From Thermoplasmatota archaeon (GTDB lineage: Archaea > Thermoplasmatota > Poseidoniia > Poseidoniales > Thalassarchaeaceae), in the NCBI GenBank assembly GCA_036336595.1, contig JAYZFV010000056.1, positions 907 to 64,906 of the forward strand: a stretch of DNA of 64,000 bases. The letters run 5' to 3'. A model generated the notes under the pieces. That model saw only the letters and a list, made by a program, of their open reading frames with translations, was not told the origin of the DNA and did not search any database. This document shows, in pieces, positions 9,105 through 19,063 of the stretch. The position numbers were made by a program, and so were the translations under genes. How positions within the stretch are numbered: position 1 is the first letter of the stretch; each line of letters opens with the position of its first letter.

Positions 9105-10622
9105 TCAACTCAGGAGCAGCGTCGAGTTCCCCCCGGGTGGGAGGGGCTCCAGGTAGCCCAAGTCCCCGTACAGCGCCGGCCCCTCCGTCAGGGTCCCTAT
9201 CACCGCCTCCTCGAAGCCAGCGGCGTTGTGCGCGAGCGCGATCCAGGGCCTGCCCCCGTCATCGAGCTCGACGTCGATGAAGTCCCCGAAGCCGCCGCAC
9301 CGTATGTTGCCGCAGTCCGGGCCGGTGTCCAGGGGGTCGTCGGGGTGGTTGACCGCCACGCTCGTGATCAGCGGGCGCTCGGCGAAGGCGTCGGTCATGA
9401 TCGCCATGTAGCCGGACCAGCCGCCCGTGCTGGTGTTCTCGTCGTAGTTGCTCGACTCGCCTATGTAGCCCAGGACGACCCTGCCCTCGGCCCCGGCGAA
9501 GACCGTCGGAAAACCCGTCTCGTTGACCCCTGGGGCTGCCACCATCATCGGCGGGCTCCAGGTCTCGCCCTGGTCACGGGAGTTGGCGTACCACGGCATC
9601 AGGTCGTCCCCGATCCAGGTCGCGTGGACGTTGCCCCCGTCGTCCACCGCCGTCGCGACCTCGTGCGAGTGCCACCCGTCCTGCATGCCGACCTCGGTGG
9701 TGATCGTGTGCTCGCTCCAGGAGTACCCGCCGTCCAGAGAGCGGTAGACCGCCGGGCCCTCGCACGACGGGTTGCCCCGGTAGACTGCCCCGTCTATCCC
9801 CCCTGCCACGTGGCCGTGCAGGCCCGAGCACTGCGGGAAGCTGCTGCTCGGGTAGCCCAGCCTCTGGACGTCCCACGACAGCCCGCCGTTGAGAGAGCGC
9901 GAGCACTGGGCGCCGAGGGCTGGGGACCCGGTGTTGATGCAGTACACGTAGATGACGTCGTGGAACGCCGTGACCCCCGGAGGCGGGGGCATCGAGGCTA
10001 TGCTCTGGTGGTCCTGCGTGACGTAGTAGCCCTCGACGGGGTAGGGGATGCTCCAGCTGTCGCCGTCGTTGTCGGAGTACTCGACGAACATGGCGGCCAG
10101 CGCGTGCATGTCGAACTTGACCAGCCTGTCCGTGAACTTGTCGACGTAGATGTACGGGTCGTTCGAGTTGGGCGTCTGCCCCGAGTCCTCGTCGATCTGT
10201 CCGAAGGGGCCTACGTCCTCCCAGGTCTGGCCATTGTCCCTCGAGCGGATTATGTGCGTGCCGTCCCCGAGGCCGTTCCACTGGGTGAAGAATATGGCAC
10301 CAGAAGAGGTGACGCCGATGGTCGGCTCGAAAGTGTCGTACCCTGTCCCGTAGTAAGTGGCGTTGGCGAAGTACGGCGTGCTGTTGCCAGTCAGGTCGGC
10401 AGTGATGTTGGCCGCAGAGACCGCCCCTGCGCTGGTGGCGTCCACCGGCCAGGGCTCGGCGACCGTCCCAGGATAGTGGTACCACGTGGTGATTGGGACC
10501 TGCTGGTCGAATTCGAAGGCCCCCCTTTCCTCCTCGGTGACCTCCTCGTCCTCCCACCACATGCACCCCGTCGCCATCGAGCTCAGCATCAGCAGGGAGA
10601 GCAGTTGAGCGGTCTTGGCCAC
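9105..10622 (-). CDS. Secreted BNR/Asp-box repeat lipoprotein, paralog 2
   Basis: GTG start at 10622 (VAKTAQLLSLLMLSSMATGC signal with lipobox-like Cys), just after the stop of the upstream epimerase; an alternative ATG lies at 10589. Asp-boxes SDNDGDSWS, SLNGGLSWD, SLDGGYSWS, SRDQGETWS. Clearly paralogous to 7599-9059. Confidence 0.55.
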   Translation of the reverse strand: MAKTAQLLSLLMLSSMATGCMWWEDEEVTEEERGAFEFDQQVPITTWYHYPGTVAEPWPVDATSAGAVSAANITADLTGNSTPYFANATYYGTGYDTFEPTIGVTSSGAIFFTQWNGLGDGTHIIRSRDNGQTWEDVGPFGQIDEDSGQTPNSNDPYIYVDKFTDRLVKFDMHALAAMFVEYSDNDGDSWSIPYPVEGYYVTQDHQSIASMPPPPGVTAFHDVIYVYCINTGSPALGAQCSRSLNGGLSWDVQRLGYPSSSFPQCSGLHGHVAGGIDGAVYRGNPSCEGPAVYRSLDGGYSWSEHTITTEVGMQDGWHSHEVATAVDDGGNVHATWIGDDLMPWYANSRDQGETWSPPMMVAAPGVNETGFPTVFAGAEGRVVLGYIGESSNYDENTSTGGWSGYMAIMTDAFAERPLITSVAVNHPDDPLDTGPDCGNIRCGGFGDFIDVELDDGGRPWIALAHNAAGFEEAVIGTLTEGPALYGDLGYLEPLPPGGNSTLLLS

Positions 10623-10645
10623 GGGTTCCCGTAACCGCCTTCGTT

Positions 10646-11677
10646 CTAAATCCAACCGTTCTCGATGACTGGGGGCACGCTCCCCAGGACCGCCTCCTCC
10701 GGCGTCCTCCACCTCATGCCCAGGTCCCTCTCTGCGGGAGAAGCGTCCCAGAACAGCCGCTTGTTCAGATGCGCTCTGGCCCACGAGAGGGTGATCCTCG
10801 GATGGAACAGCGAGACCACTAGGGACAGCGAGTAGGGGATTTGGAGGGTGGGGATCCTGAGGTCCGGGTGCGAGGACTTCAGCGCCCTTGCGATCTCCTT
10901 GAACCACATCTGCCCCGAGACCGTCAGGTAGCGACCGGCGTCCTCGCCCATGGTCAGCGCCCTAACGTGCGCCTCTGCCACGTCTCGCACGTCCACGATG
11001 CTGACGTGCATCGGGATGACGAACGGAATCTCCCTCCTCAGCAGGGTCATGATGAACGACACGCTGCCCCTCAGATGCCTCTTGCTCAGTGGTGGCCCGA
11101 ACACAATGCAGGGATTGATTGTGACCATGCGTGGTCTGGATGCCGGGTCCTTAGCAGAGTGCCAGTCTCTTACCAGCCGCTCTGCGGAGAACTTGGCGAG
11201 CCCGTACGGATTGCCTTCTAGGGTAGCATCGTCTGCCCACGTCTCGGTGGTCAGGGTCTGACCGTCCTGCCAATGCATCGGCCTAATCGCGGCCGTTGAG
11301 GAGGTATGGATGAGGCTCTCGACGCTCCCCGACCCATCGATCGAATCTAGCACGTTCTGCGTGCCGATCACGCTAGGGTCGACGATTTGGCTCTGCGGCT
11401 TCTTCGCAGAGATTCTGACGGCCGCCGCCGTGTGTATCACCTCGGAGCATCCCTCTACGGCCTTGCTCACGGAGTCGGCGTCCAGCAGGTCCATCTCGAC
11501 TATCTCGAGGCTGCCTCCATCGGTCACCTCCATGGCTCCTAGGTGCTCTATCTGGCTCGGGTCGGAGGCATCCCTCACGGTGGCCCTCACGTTCCTGCCT
11601 CTGGTCAGAAGGTTAGCCACAACGTGGCTGCCGATGTAGCCGCTGGCCCCGGTAACCACAACGGCCCTTGAGGTCAC
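10646..11677 (-). CDS. NAD(P)-dependent epimerase/dehydratase (cinnamoyl-CoA/dihydroflavonol reductase-like SDR)
   Basis: 343 aa. N-terminal Rossmann motif VVVTGASGYIGSHVV, extended SDR family. Confidence 0.7.
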   Translation of the reverse strand: MTSRAVVVTGASGYIGSHVVANLLTRGRNVRATVRDASDPSQIEHLGAMEVTDGGSLEIVEMDLLDADSVSKAVEGCSEVIHTAAAVRISAKKPQSQIVDPSVIGTQNVLDSIDGSGSVESLIHTSSTAAIRPMHWQDGQTLTTETWADDATLEGNPYGLAKFSAERLVRDWHSAKDPASRPRMVTINPCIVFGPPLSKRHLRGSVSFIMTLLRREIPFVIPMHVSIVDVRDVAEAHVRALTMGEDAGRYLTVSGQMWFKEIARALKSSHPDLRIPTLQIPYSLSLVVSLFHPRITLSWARAHLNKRLFWDASPAERDLGMRWRTPEEAVLGSVPPVIENGWI

Positions 11678-11696
11678 GCTCTAACCCCATTCATGC

Positions 11697-13964
11697 CTAC
11701 CGGGCTGTCTCCGCGCCCCCTTTGTCTTTACCGGTGAAAGGAAGGCTTGGTGACCACCAGTTCGCCTCGCCCATCAGCCTCATCGCCGATGGGACCACTA
11801 TCGCTCTGACTATGGTAGCGTCGATCAGCACGGCTACCGCTAGGGCGAACCCGAGAGACTTGATGATCATGACATCGGCTAGGATGAAGCCGGAGAACAC
11901 AGCTACCATGATTGCCGCAGCGCCGGTGATCAGCCCCCCGCTAGCCTGCAGACCCTCAGAGACTGCCCTTGTGTTGTCCCCCGTCTCGATCCAAGCCTCG
12001 TGTATCCTCGAAAGCATCAGAACCTCGTAGTCCATCGACAGGCCGAAGGCGATCCCGAACAACAGGGGTGGCACCATGTAGTCTATCGGCTGCGCTGTGA
12101 AGTTCATGACCTCATCTAGGCCCATGAATCCCTCCTGGAAGACTAGGACGACTAGCCCGTAGGAGGCCGCTATTGAGAAGATGTTCATCACGACGGCCTT
12201 GATTGGGACCAGTACCGAGCGGACCTGGAACCAGATAAGCAGCATTGTCAGCGTGAGGACCAGTGCCACCACGGTCGGGACTCTCTCCACGAGGTGGTCC
12301 CGCATATCGACCTCGTATCCGGACCAGCCACCGACGAGAATCTCCTGATTGCTGTCGCTGGCGACGCTCCTTATTGACCGGACAAGCCTTTCCGAGCCGT
12401 CCGAGCTGGAATTGTACTGAGTAGCCACGGAGATCATGACCAGAGTGTCCGATCTGGTGCTCGCCCATGCCTCCTGCGCCTCTGCCGGCCAGTCGCTGAG
12501 TGGTGCTACGAACAGCTCTGGCGTGCAGTAGGGGGAGTTGGCTGAGATGACCCCATCTAGAAACTCGACCTCGACGCAGAACTCCGATATGCTAGACACG
12601 AGTCCGGCATCAAACGGGTCCTGCCCATCCCCAAGGACCACCACGACCGGCATGCTGCTTGCCTGAAAGGCCGGGAACTCCCGCTCCAGCTCCTCATAGG
12701 CCATCCTCGACTCCAGATCAGGAGGGAGGGTCCCGATGCCGCCCGCGTTGAACTCCGCGCTGAGGCTCGGCGCGCCCAGGAGGAGGAGGAGCAAGACGGA
12801 GGGAGCGAGCCAGCTCCACGGCCTGTCCATGACCTTTGTCGCGAAGTCTCTCCAGAAGCCCTCCCTACTCCATGTTTCGGGCACCGGTACCCTCAGGTCG
12901 TTTACACGATCTCCGAGCATGCAGAGTATAGCAGGTAGCACCGTGAGCGAGTAAATTAGGGCGAACGCGACGGCTACGGCCCCACCGAAGCCCATCGAGG
13001 GCATGTGAGTGGCGTTGAAGTAGAACAGGCTGCACAGCCCGACGGCGACTGTGGCGCCCGAGTAGAGCACCGCCCTCCCTGCGGTATCCATCATCTTCGC
13101 AACGGCATCTCGTTCGCTCGAGCCATTGGACAGCTCCTCCTTGAAGCGACTTACAATGAACAGGCTGTAGTCGATAGTCACGGCGATGCCAATAAGCGAG
13201 ACCATGCTAACCGTCCACTGGGTGAGGTCCAAGACCCCCTTGTCCGAGAACCAGTAGGTGAAACCTAGAGAGGACACGAACATCAGACCAGCAGTCAGCA
13301 TCGGTAGCGAGGCTGCCACTAGGGTGGCGAACACGAAGACGAGGATGACTAGTGAAAGGGGAATTCCGAAGATCTCAGCCCTCACAGTGTCATCCTTGAG
13401 CAACTTGTCGAAGTCGTCGTTGATGATCAGACTCCCAGTGACCCAAATTTCGAGGTCGCCACTGTCAACTATTACTCTCAGCTGGTCGACGTGACCCCTC
13501 ACCTCGTCTTCAGACCCGTCGATGGTGACGAACACTGCGGTGGAGAGCCCGTCATTGGAGACGTGCTGCGCTATGGCGTGGGGATCCTGTGGATTCTGGT
13601 AGACAGAGCTGACGCCCATTATACCGATCGAGCTGTCTAGTAGGGGTTGCAGTGCTGCTTCAACCGCCCGCTCGTACTCTGGAGCACTCCAAGCCATGGT
13701 CTCGTGCGAGAACAGGTAGGTGACGACGTTGGAGTCAACCACAGGAAGCTCCTCAGACACCAGTTCCAGAGCCCGTCCGGACTCAGATTTTGGTGGTGGG
13801 TTGTTACCGTCGATGAATGAGCTGCCGCCTGATATTAGGATGCCAGACAGCAGCACTGACAGGATTCCCAGGGAGAGCACCGCTCGCTGGTGGTCATACA
13901 GAGCCTCACCGAAGCGGTGTAGTGCGGAATCATCACCCATGGGCGCCCGGCCGACTAACCCCAT
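11697..13964 (-). CDS. MMPL/RND-superfamily exporter (COG1033/COG2409-like, 12 TM with two periplasmic loops)
   Basis: 755 aa. Two blocks of ~6 TM helices with large hydrophilic loops, the typical MMPL/SSD architecture. Confidence 0.65.
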   Translation of the reverse strand: MGLVGRAPMGDDSALHRFGEALYDHQRAVLSLGILSVLLSGILISGGSSFIDGNNPPPKSESGRALELVSEELPVVDSNVVTYLFSHETMAWSAPEYERAVEAALQPLLDSSIGIMGVSSVYQNPQDPHAIAQHVSNDGLSTAVFVTIDGSEDEVRGHVDQLRVIVDSGDLEIWVTGSLIINDDFDKLLKDDTVRAEIFGIPLSLVILVFVFATLVAASLPMLTAGLMFVSSLGFTYWFSDKGVLDLTQWTVSMVSLIGIAVTIDYSLFIVSRFKEELSNGSSERDAVAKMMDTAGRAVLYSGATVAVGLCSLFYFNATHMPSMGFGGAVAVAFALIYSLTVLPAILCMLGDRVNDLRVPVPETWSREGFWRDFATKVMDRPWSWLAPSVLLLLLLGAPSLSAEFNAGGIGTLPPDLESRMAYEELEREFPAFQASSMPVVVVLGDGQDPFDAGLVSSISEFCVEVEFLDGVISANSPYCTPELFVAPLSDWPAEAQEAWASTRSDTLVMISVATQYNSSSDGSERLVRSIRSVASDSNQEILVGGWSGYEVDMRDHLVERVPTVVALVLTLTMLLIWFQVRSVLVPIKAVVMNIFSIAASYGLVVLVFQEGFMGLDEVMNFTAQPIDYMVPPLLFGIAFGLSMDYEVLMLSRIHEAWIETGDNTRAVSEGLQASGGLITGAAAIMVAVFSGFILADVMIIKSLGFALAVAVLIDATIVRAIVVPSAMRLMGEANWWSPSLPFTGKDKGGAETAR

Positions 13965-13975
13965 TTAATTCGATT

Positions 13976-14770
13976 TCAGTCGCCTCTACAAAGCTCAGCC
14001 ACCGAGCTCACTGTTAGTGACGGCCTCTGGTTGGCCGAAGCGGCGTCCTGCGCAGTCGCTTCGCCACTCAGTACCAGTATACCGTGGACCCCCGACCTCT
14101 CTGCCATCTCCATGTCTGTGTACAACCGATCACCGACCATCGCGCACTGATTGGCAGCGAGCCCGAGCTCCTCTATCTTGTGCAGTATCATTCCCGCGTT
14201 CGGCTTGCCGCAGACATGAGTTGGGCTGACACCCGTTGTAGCCTCGAACAGAGCCATGTATGCCCCCGAGTCGGGGAGTCCGCCATCGGGGGAGGGGCAC
14301 ACCAGATCAGGGTGGCTGGCCACTAGGGGCACTCCGTTGTGCAGGTGTACCGAAGCGGTCGCTATCTTCTCGTAGGTGATCTCGGTATCATACCCTAGAA
14401 TGACGTACTGAGGGGTTTCAGAACGTGTCCCGATGCCAGCTTCCTCAAGCATCTCTCGCATCCCCTCCGTTCCTACGAGATAGCCTTCTGTGATGCCCTC
14501 GGAGGATAGCCAGGACAGTAGGTCGTGAGTCGAGAGGAGCACCTCGTCCTCGGAGGCCGTGATGCCGAGCCCATGCAGCTTCTCGAGGTACTGGGAGACC
14601 GATCTGCTGGAGTTGTTGGAGAGGAAGTACCTGCGGATGCCCCGCGCCTCCAATCTGGATAGGAACTCCAGCGCCCCATCGACGAGGCTCCCACCTAGGT
14701 AGAGGGTCCCATCGAGGTCGAGGAAGGCGGCTTCAATCCCATCGAGAGATTCGTCGAGCGCCTCGGTCAT
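13976..14770 (-). CDS. HAD-IIA family sugar phosphatase (NagD-like)
   Basis: 264 aa. Motif I FLDLDGTLY, motif II LSNNSS, C-terminal GDRLYTDM of the HAD-IIA subfamily. Confidence 0.65.
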   Translation of the reverse strand: MTEALDESLDGIEAAFLDLDGTLYLGGSLVDGALEFLSRLEARGIRRYFLSNNSSRSVSQYLEKLHGLGITASEDEVLLSTHDLLSWLSSEGITEGYLVGTEGMREMLEEAGIGTRSETPQYVILGYDTEITYEKIATASVHLHNGVPLVASHPDLVCPSPDGGLPDSGAYMALFEATTGVSPTHVCGKPNAGMILHKIEELGLAANQCAMVGDRLYTDMEMAERSGVHGILVLSGEATAQDAASANQRPSLTVSSVAELCRGD

Positions 14771-14779
14771 CAGTTCACC

Positions 14780-16138
14780 TCATGGAAGGAGCAGCGTCTT
14801 GGCGAGGAACCACGGGCTCCATAGCACCTTGGACGCCTCCTTGTCGGCGATCATGCCCGTTAACATGTCTGCCAGCTCCTCCTTGCGCGAGGCCTTTCCG
14901 AAGAACCAGTTCATCAGCCACTTCCGCTTGGCAAGGCGCTGTAGCCTGTAGGAGTTGCTCAACTCCTTGCCCAGGGTGCCCCACAGCTCCTCCATGTAGG
15001 CGACGGCAACCTCTTCGGGGAAGCCCCCGGCGTGAGCGTCCTTGTCGAAGTGCTTGGAGGCCAGCTTCGCGGAAACGAGGCCATTGCCTATCCCCTCCCC
15101 GGTGAAGGGGTCGACGAGGCTGGCAGCGTCCCCGACGCACATCGCCCCCGCAGTCGCCGCGCGTCTGGGTTGGTAGGACGGCGACTCCTTCCTCGGTGAG
15201 CCGAATGGCAGTTGCCAGCCCTTTTGGGAACCGGGGACGAGGCTCGAGTTGGCGAAGCGCTCCTTGAACCGAGGATGCTCTTCAATGACCCACTTCTGCA
15301 TCTTCTTGAGCGATTTCTTCATGCCCGTCTGCTTGCGCTGTTCGGAGATGACCATGCCAATGCCTACGTTGACCACTCCCTCCTTCACCGGGAAGAGCCA
15401 GAAGTATCCGGGATTCACCGCGTCCACGAAGTGGATCTCGATCGGACCCTCGCTGCCCTCGAAGCCCTCGACGTTCTCCCAGTACTCTCGATAGGCGCCG
15501 CAGTAGTGCTCGTCATCGCGCATGGTCTCGCCGTGAATGACCTCGGTGACAGTCTTCGCCACCGGGCAGTTGTAGCCGCCAGCGCCCACGGTCAGAGGCG
15601 CCTTGAACGAGAGCGACGGATTGGTGGAGTGCCTACCCCCCAATCGTCCGGCGATGCCTGTGACGCGCATGTACTCAGTCGACACGTCCATCACGCTGAA
15701 ACCTTGGATTACCGCGCCACCTGCCTCAAGGACCAATTCGGTGGCGCGCTTGAACATCATGTAGTCGAACTGCACTCTCGGTAGCGAGTATCCTGCCATC
15801 TTCTTCTCAAACTCCTCCTTGGGCAGCATCACCCTGACCGCGCTGCCGTTGGCGCTGCCGAAGATGATCGAGTCCACTCGGAAGTGAGGCGTGCCCTCGA
15901 TCATCGCCTTCACTCCGAGCTCCTCGACGTGTGATAGCGACTTTCCTCCCACTGCATCCCCGCATGGCTTGTCTCTGGGCCAGGTTTCCTTCTCTATGAG
16001 CAGGACCTTGCAACCGTTCATGGCGTTGTACGCCGCTGCGGCGGAGCCGCACGGCCCACCACCGACCACGATCACATCGAAGCTCGCCCCGTCAGGCGGC
16101 ACCTCGCCGGTGTCGATGGGCCCTTCCCATGATTCCAT
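14780..16138 (-). CDS. Geranylgeranyl reductase family flavoprotein (digeranylgeranylglycerophospholipid reductase-like)
   Basis: 452 aa. FAD-binding DVIVVGGGPCGSAAA and the PCGDAV motif of GGR family enzymes. Confidence 0.75.
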   Translation of the reverse strand: MESWEGPIDTGEVPPDGASFDVIVVGGGPCGSAAAAYNAMNGCKVLLIEKETWPRDKPCGDAVGGKSLSHVEELGVKAMIEGTPHFRVDSIIFGSANGSAVRVMLPKEEFEKKMAGYSLPRVQFDYMMFKRATELVLEAGGAVIQGFSVMDVSTEYMRVTGIAGRLGGRHSTNPSLSFKAPLTVGAGGYNCPVAKTVTEVIHGETMRDDEHYCGAYREYWENVEGFEGSEGPIEIHFVDAVNPGYFWLFPVKEGVVNVGIGMVISEQRKQTGMKKSLKKMQKWVIEEHPRFKERFANSSLVPGSQKGWQLPFGSPRKESPSYQPRRAATAGAMCVGDAASLVDPFTGEGIGNGLVSAKLASKHFDKDAHAGGFPEEVAVAYMEELWGTLGKELSNSYRLQRLAKRKWLMNWFFGKASRKEELADMLTGMIADKEASKVLWSPWFLAKTLLLP

Positions 16139-16218
16139 GTTGTAACCAAGTGGGCCGTAGCAGCCTCCGCATTCAAATTATGCATCTAGTTGATTCGTGA
16201 CGTGCTCCTCGATGCCAC

Positions 16219-16533
16219 ATGGTCGGGGGCATATGGATCGTCCAGACAACGCTTCCCGGCGATTGGCTCGAGCCTCACGTCGGAGAGTGGTCTTCCTCCC
16301 TGGTCCAAGCGGGGCTGGCTGCTTGTGTGCAGAGGAATCGTGTGACCTCAGTCTTCCTTTGGGATGGCGCTATGGAGAGCTCCGAGGAGTGGCGCGTCCA
16401 GATTAAGACCTCAGGGACGAAGAAGGACGCACTTGTCGAGGCCATTCTCAACGGCCATCCCTACGAGACGCCACAGATTGCTTCATGGGAAGCCGAAACG
16501 ACCACCGATTACGCCGGTTGGGTTGAAGGCTGA
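16219..16533 (+). CDS. cutA: Divalent-cation tolerance protein CutA
   Basis: 104 aa. GHPYETPQIASW and DYAGWV motifs of the CutA1 family. Confidence 0.7.
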   Translation: MVGGIWIVQTTLPGDWLEPHVGEWSSSLVQAGLAACVQRNRVTSVFLWDGAMESSEEWRVQIKTSGTKKDALVEAILNGHPYETPQIASWEAETTTDYAGWVEG

Positions 16534-16620
16534 GTGCCCCAGCGTCGCCCGATGGGCGCACTGTCGTTCCTGCGCCTCGCGAAGAAGGTCCCCACCACGC
16601 GGTGGAGCGCTGAGGACCCC

Positions 16621-17244
16621 ATGAGCATCAAGCCGCGGATGTCAACGCTCACCATTCTGATTCTGGGGGAATTCATCTTCGGCTTGGGAGACGCCATCCT
16701 GATTAAGGCGGGAATTGGCAACACTCCGTGGACGGTTCTGGCGGAGGGTATTGCAGAAGTGATCAATTGGACCATCGGAGAGGCCACCTTCCTGGTCAGC
16801 GTCGCAGTGCTCTTTCTATGGATCCCAATCAAGGAGATACCCGGAATCGGCACCATCCTGAATGCCATCATAATTGCAGGGACTATCCACATCATGGTTC
16901 CGTTGATTCCCCCGCCTGATAGCGTGGCAGTGGCATACCTTCAGGTATCCTTGGGTATCATCTTCATTGGCATTGGGAGTGCCATGTACCTCACTGCGAA
17001 TCTGGGACCCGGACCAAGGGACGGCTGGATGACTGGCATTCAGAGGGTGACGGGCATCCCCATTGGCAGGGTCCGAATCACGATTGAGATTTCCGTACTA
17101 GTGATCGGAGTCATACTCGGCGGTACCTTCGGTCCTGGCACGATACTCTTCGCGATTACTATCGGTCCTGTGGTCGCTATCTGCTTGTCAATCGCAGGCA
17201 GTTTGGGCTCACAGGATGGGTCCGACCTCAATGCCGATCAGTAG
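16621..17244 (+). CDS. YczE-family membrane protein (COG2364-like)
   Basis: Internal ATG at 16621 of ORF 16534-17244. GIGNTPWTVL, GPGPRDG and GPGTILFAITIGP motifs resemble the Bacillus YczE/YitT-like family. Confidence 0.5.
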   Translation: MSIKPRMSTLTILILGEFIFGLGDAILIKAGIGNTPWTVLAEGIAEVINWTIGEATFLVSVAVLFLWIPIKEIPGIGTILNAIIIAGTIHIMVPLIPPPDSVAVAYLQVSLGIIFIGIGSAMYLTANLGPGPRDGWMTGIQRVTGIPIGRVRITIEISVLVIGVILGGTFGPGTILFAITIGPVVAICLSIAGSLGSQDGSDLNADQ

Positions 17245-17922
17245 TACGATCGTGGCGAACACCGTGATGAGTATGTTGTCATCAATCGCCCCGAACTCAT
17301 AACGCTCGACGAATGTGGCCACAACGGCTGCTATCAGGCCCCAGACCGGAATCGCTGGGTCGCCCATCTGGGCGACGAACCACCCCATCGGAGCGCTGAC
17401 TATGAGCATGAACACGTTGCCAATCGGGCTCTTCGAGCGCTCGCGAATCACCAAGTTCCGCACTATTCCGGTGACACCGTCGCCGAAGGCCATGAACAGG
17501 GATGGGATGATAGCGAGCCAGGGGTCGCCAACCAGCACCCAGATCAGGGTAATCGAAGCCCACCACATGAAGGTGAACTTGACGTCGTTCTGGTTCTGGT
17601 CGGTCTGGAACCAGAACATCCTCCTACCGCTATGGTGGGCAGCGAACGTGAAAATGGTCAGCAGTATCCCGCACACGAGGGGGTACCAGTAGTCCGTGAA
17701 CAGGATCGGCACGCAGAATGAGCCGACCCCACCGCCAAGCATGTGAACCACCTTCCTGTTGTAGTAGACTGCGCGAATGTTCTCCATACCGCTAGCGACC
17801 ATCCTGTCATAGGGAATCTTGGTCACGAAGAGTATGACCATGACGTAGGCTCCCATGCCTGCGGCGTAGTACAACTGAGGATCCACAACGGCCTTCGGGC
17901 CAGCGTCCGGCCTTAACTGCAC
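17209..17922 (-). CDS. Integral membrane protein, possibly a CTP-dependent polyprenol/phytol kinase-like enzyme (dolichol kinase superfamily)
   Basis: 237 aa, multi-TM. AFGDGVTGIVRN resembles the GDG(L)AEIVGRRFG motif of CTP-dependent prenol kinases. The assignment is weak. Confidence 0.3.
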   Translation of the reverse strand: MQLRPDAGPKAVVDPQLYYAAGMGAYVMVILFVTKIPYDRMVASGMENIRAVYYNRKVVHMLGGGVGSFCVPILFTDYWYPLVCGILLTIFTFAAHHSGRRMFWFQTDQNQNDVKFTFMWWASITLIWVLVGDPWLAIIPSLFMAFGDGVTGIVRNLVIRERSKSPIGNVFMLIVSAPMGWFVAQMGDPAIPVWGLIAAVVATFVERYEFGAIDDNILITVFATIVLLIGIEVGPIL

Positions 17923-17950
17923 ACATTAAATCGGGCAGGTTCTTGGCGGG

Positions 17951-19030
17951 ATGCGGTCAGGGCATGCCATGGAAGGTAGTGGCGTAATTCGACGCTACCG
18001 AGACTTCCTCCCCATCACGGATACGATGCCCATCATCTCGTTGAACGAAGGCAGTACCCCGCTAATCGAGGCCCAAAACATCGTCCAAGTCTTAGGCGGG
18101 GGCTTTCGCCTGTTCGTGAAGTACGAGGGCCTGAATCCCACTGGGTCGTTCAAGGATAGGGGCATGACTCTGGCGGTCTCCAAGGCCGCCGAAAGAGGCG
18201 TCCGCGCAATCGTCTGCGCCAGCACCGGGAACACCAGCGCATCGGCCGCGGCTTACGCAGCTAGGGCGGGGATGACTTGCGTGGTGCTCATTCCAGAGGG
18301 GAAGATCGCCTACGGAAAAATGGCCCAGGCACTGATTCACGGTGCAAGGACTATCGAGGTAAGGGGCAACTTCGATGACGCTCTGGAAATTGTAAGGGAA
18401 TTGGGCAAGCGAGAAGGCATTGAGGTGGTCAACAGCATCAACCCGTTCAGGATCCAAGGCCAGAAGACGGCCGCTTTCGAGGTCTGCGACTCACTCGGGA
18501 ACGCGCCGGACATGCACTTCCTACCCGTCGGCAACGCCGGCAACATCGCCTCGTACTGGATGGGTTACAAAGAGTACCATGAGGCGGGAGAGTCTTCCAA
18601 TCTACCACGTATGATGGGTTGGCAGGCAGAGGGAGCCGCCCCCATAGTGAGGGGCGAGGTGGTACAAGTGCCAGAGACCGTCGCCACGGCCATTCGAATC
18701 GGCAATCCAGCTAGCTGGAAGCAGGCTGTCGGGGCTGCCGAGGAATCCTCCGGTGCAATTGACACTGTGAGCGACGACGAGATCCTCGATGCGCACCGGA
18801 TGCTCGCTCGCTCGGAGGGCATCTTCGTAGAACCGGCATCTGCTGCGGGTATTGCCGGGATCGTCAAGAGCCACGCCGGAGGCGACATCGTCGAGGGATC
18901 GACCGTGGTAGCCACCGTAACCGGTCACGGCCTGAAGGATCCGGAGATTGCCATTGACAACGCGAAGGCCCAATCCCTGGTGGTCGACGCCAATATGGAG
19001 TCAGTATTGGCTGCAATCGAGCTGCAATGA
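17951..19030 (+). CDS. thrC: Threonine synthase
   Basis: 359 aa. PLP-lysine region [11 protein letters not shown] and the fold-type II PLP enzyme pattern typical of ThrC. Confidence 0.8.
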   Translation: MRSGHAMEGSGVIRRYRDFLPITDTMPIISLNEGSTPLIEAQNIVQVLGGGFRLFVKYEGLNPTGSFKDRGMTLAVSKAAERGVRAIVCASTGNTSASAAAYAARAGMTCVVLIPEGKIAYGKMAQALIHGARTIEVRGNFDDALEIVRELGKREGIEVVNSINPFRIQGQKTAAFEVCDSLGNAPDMHFLPVGNAGNIASYWMGYKEYHEAGESSNLPRMMGWQAEGAAPIVRGEVVQVPETVATAIRIGNPASWKQAVGAAEESSGAIDTVSDDEILDAHRMLARSEGIFVEPASAAGIAGIVKSHAGGDIVEGSTVVATVTGHGLKDPEIAIDNAKAQSLVVDANMESVLAAIELQ

Positions 19031-19063
19031 GCATGGTTATGGCCAACCCATCAATCCGAGCCC

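Noticed and set aside
7704-10634. 976-aa plus-strand ORF, among the longest in the track
   Set aside because: It lies entirely antisense to the two BNR lipoprotein genes. Its composition is Arg/Gly/Pro/Val-rich and repetitive, typical of a high-GC antisense frame, and it has no motifs. The sense-strand proteins have signal peptides and Asp-box repeats.
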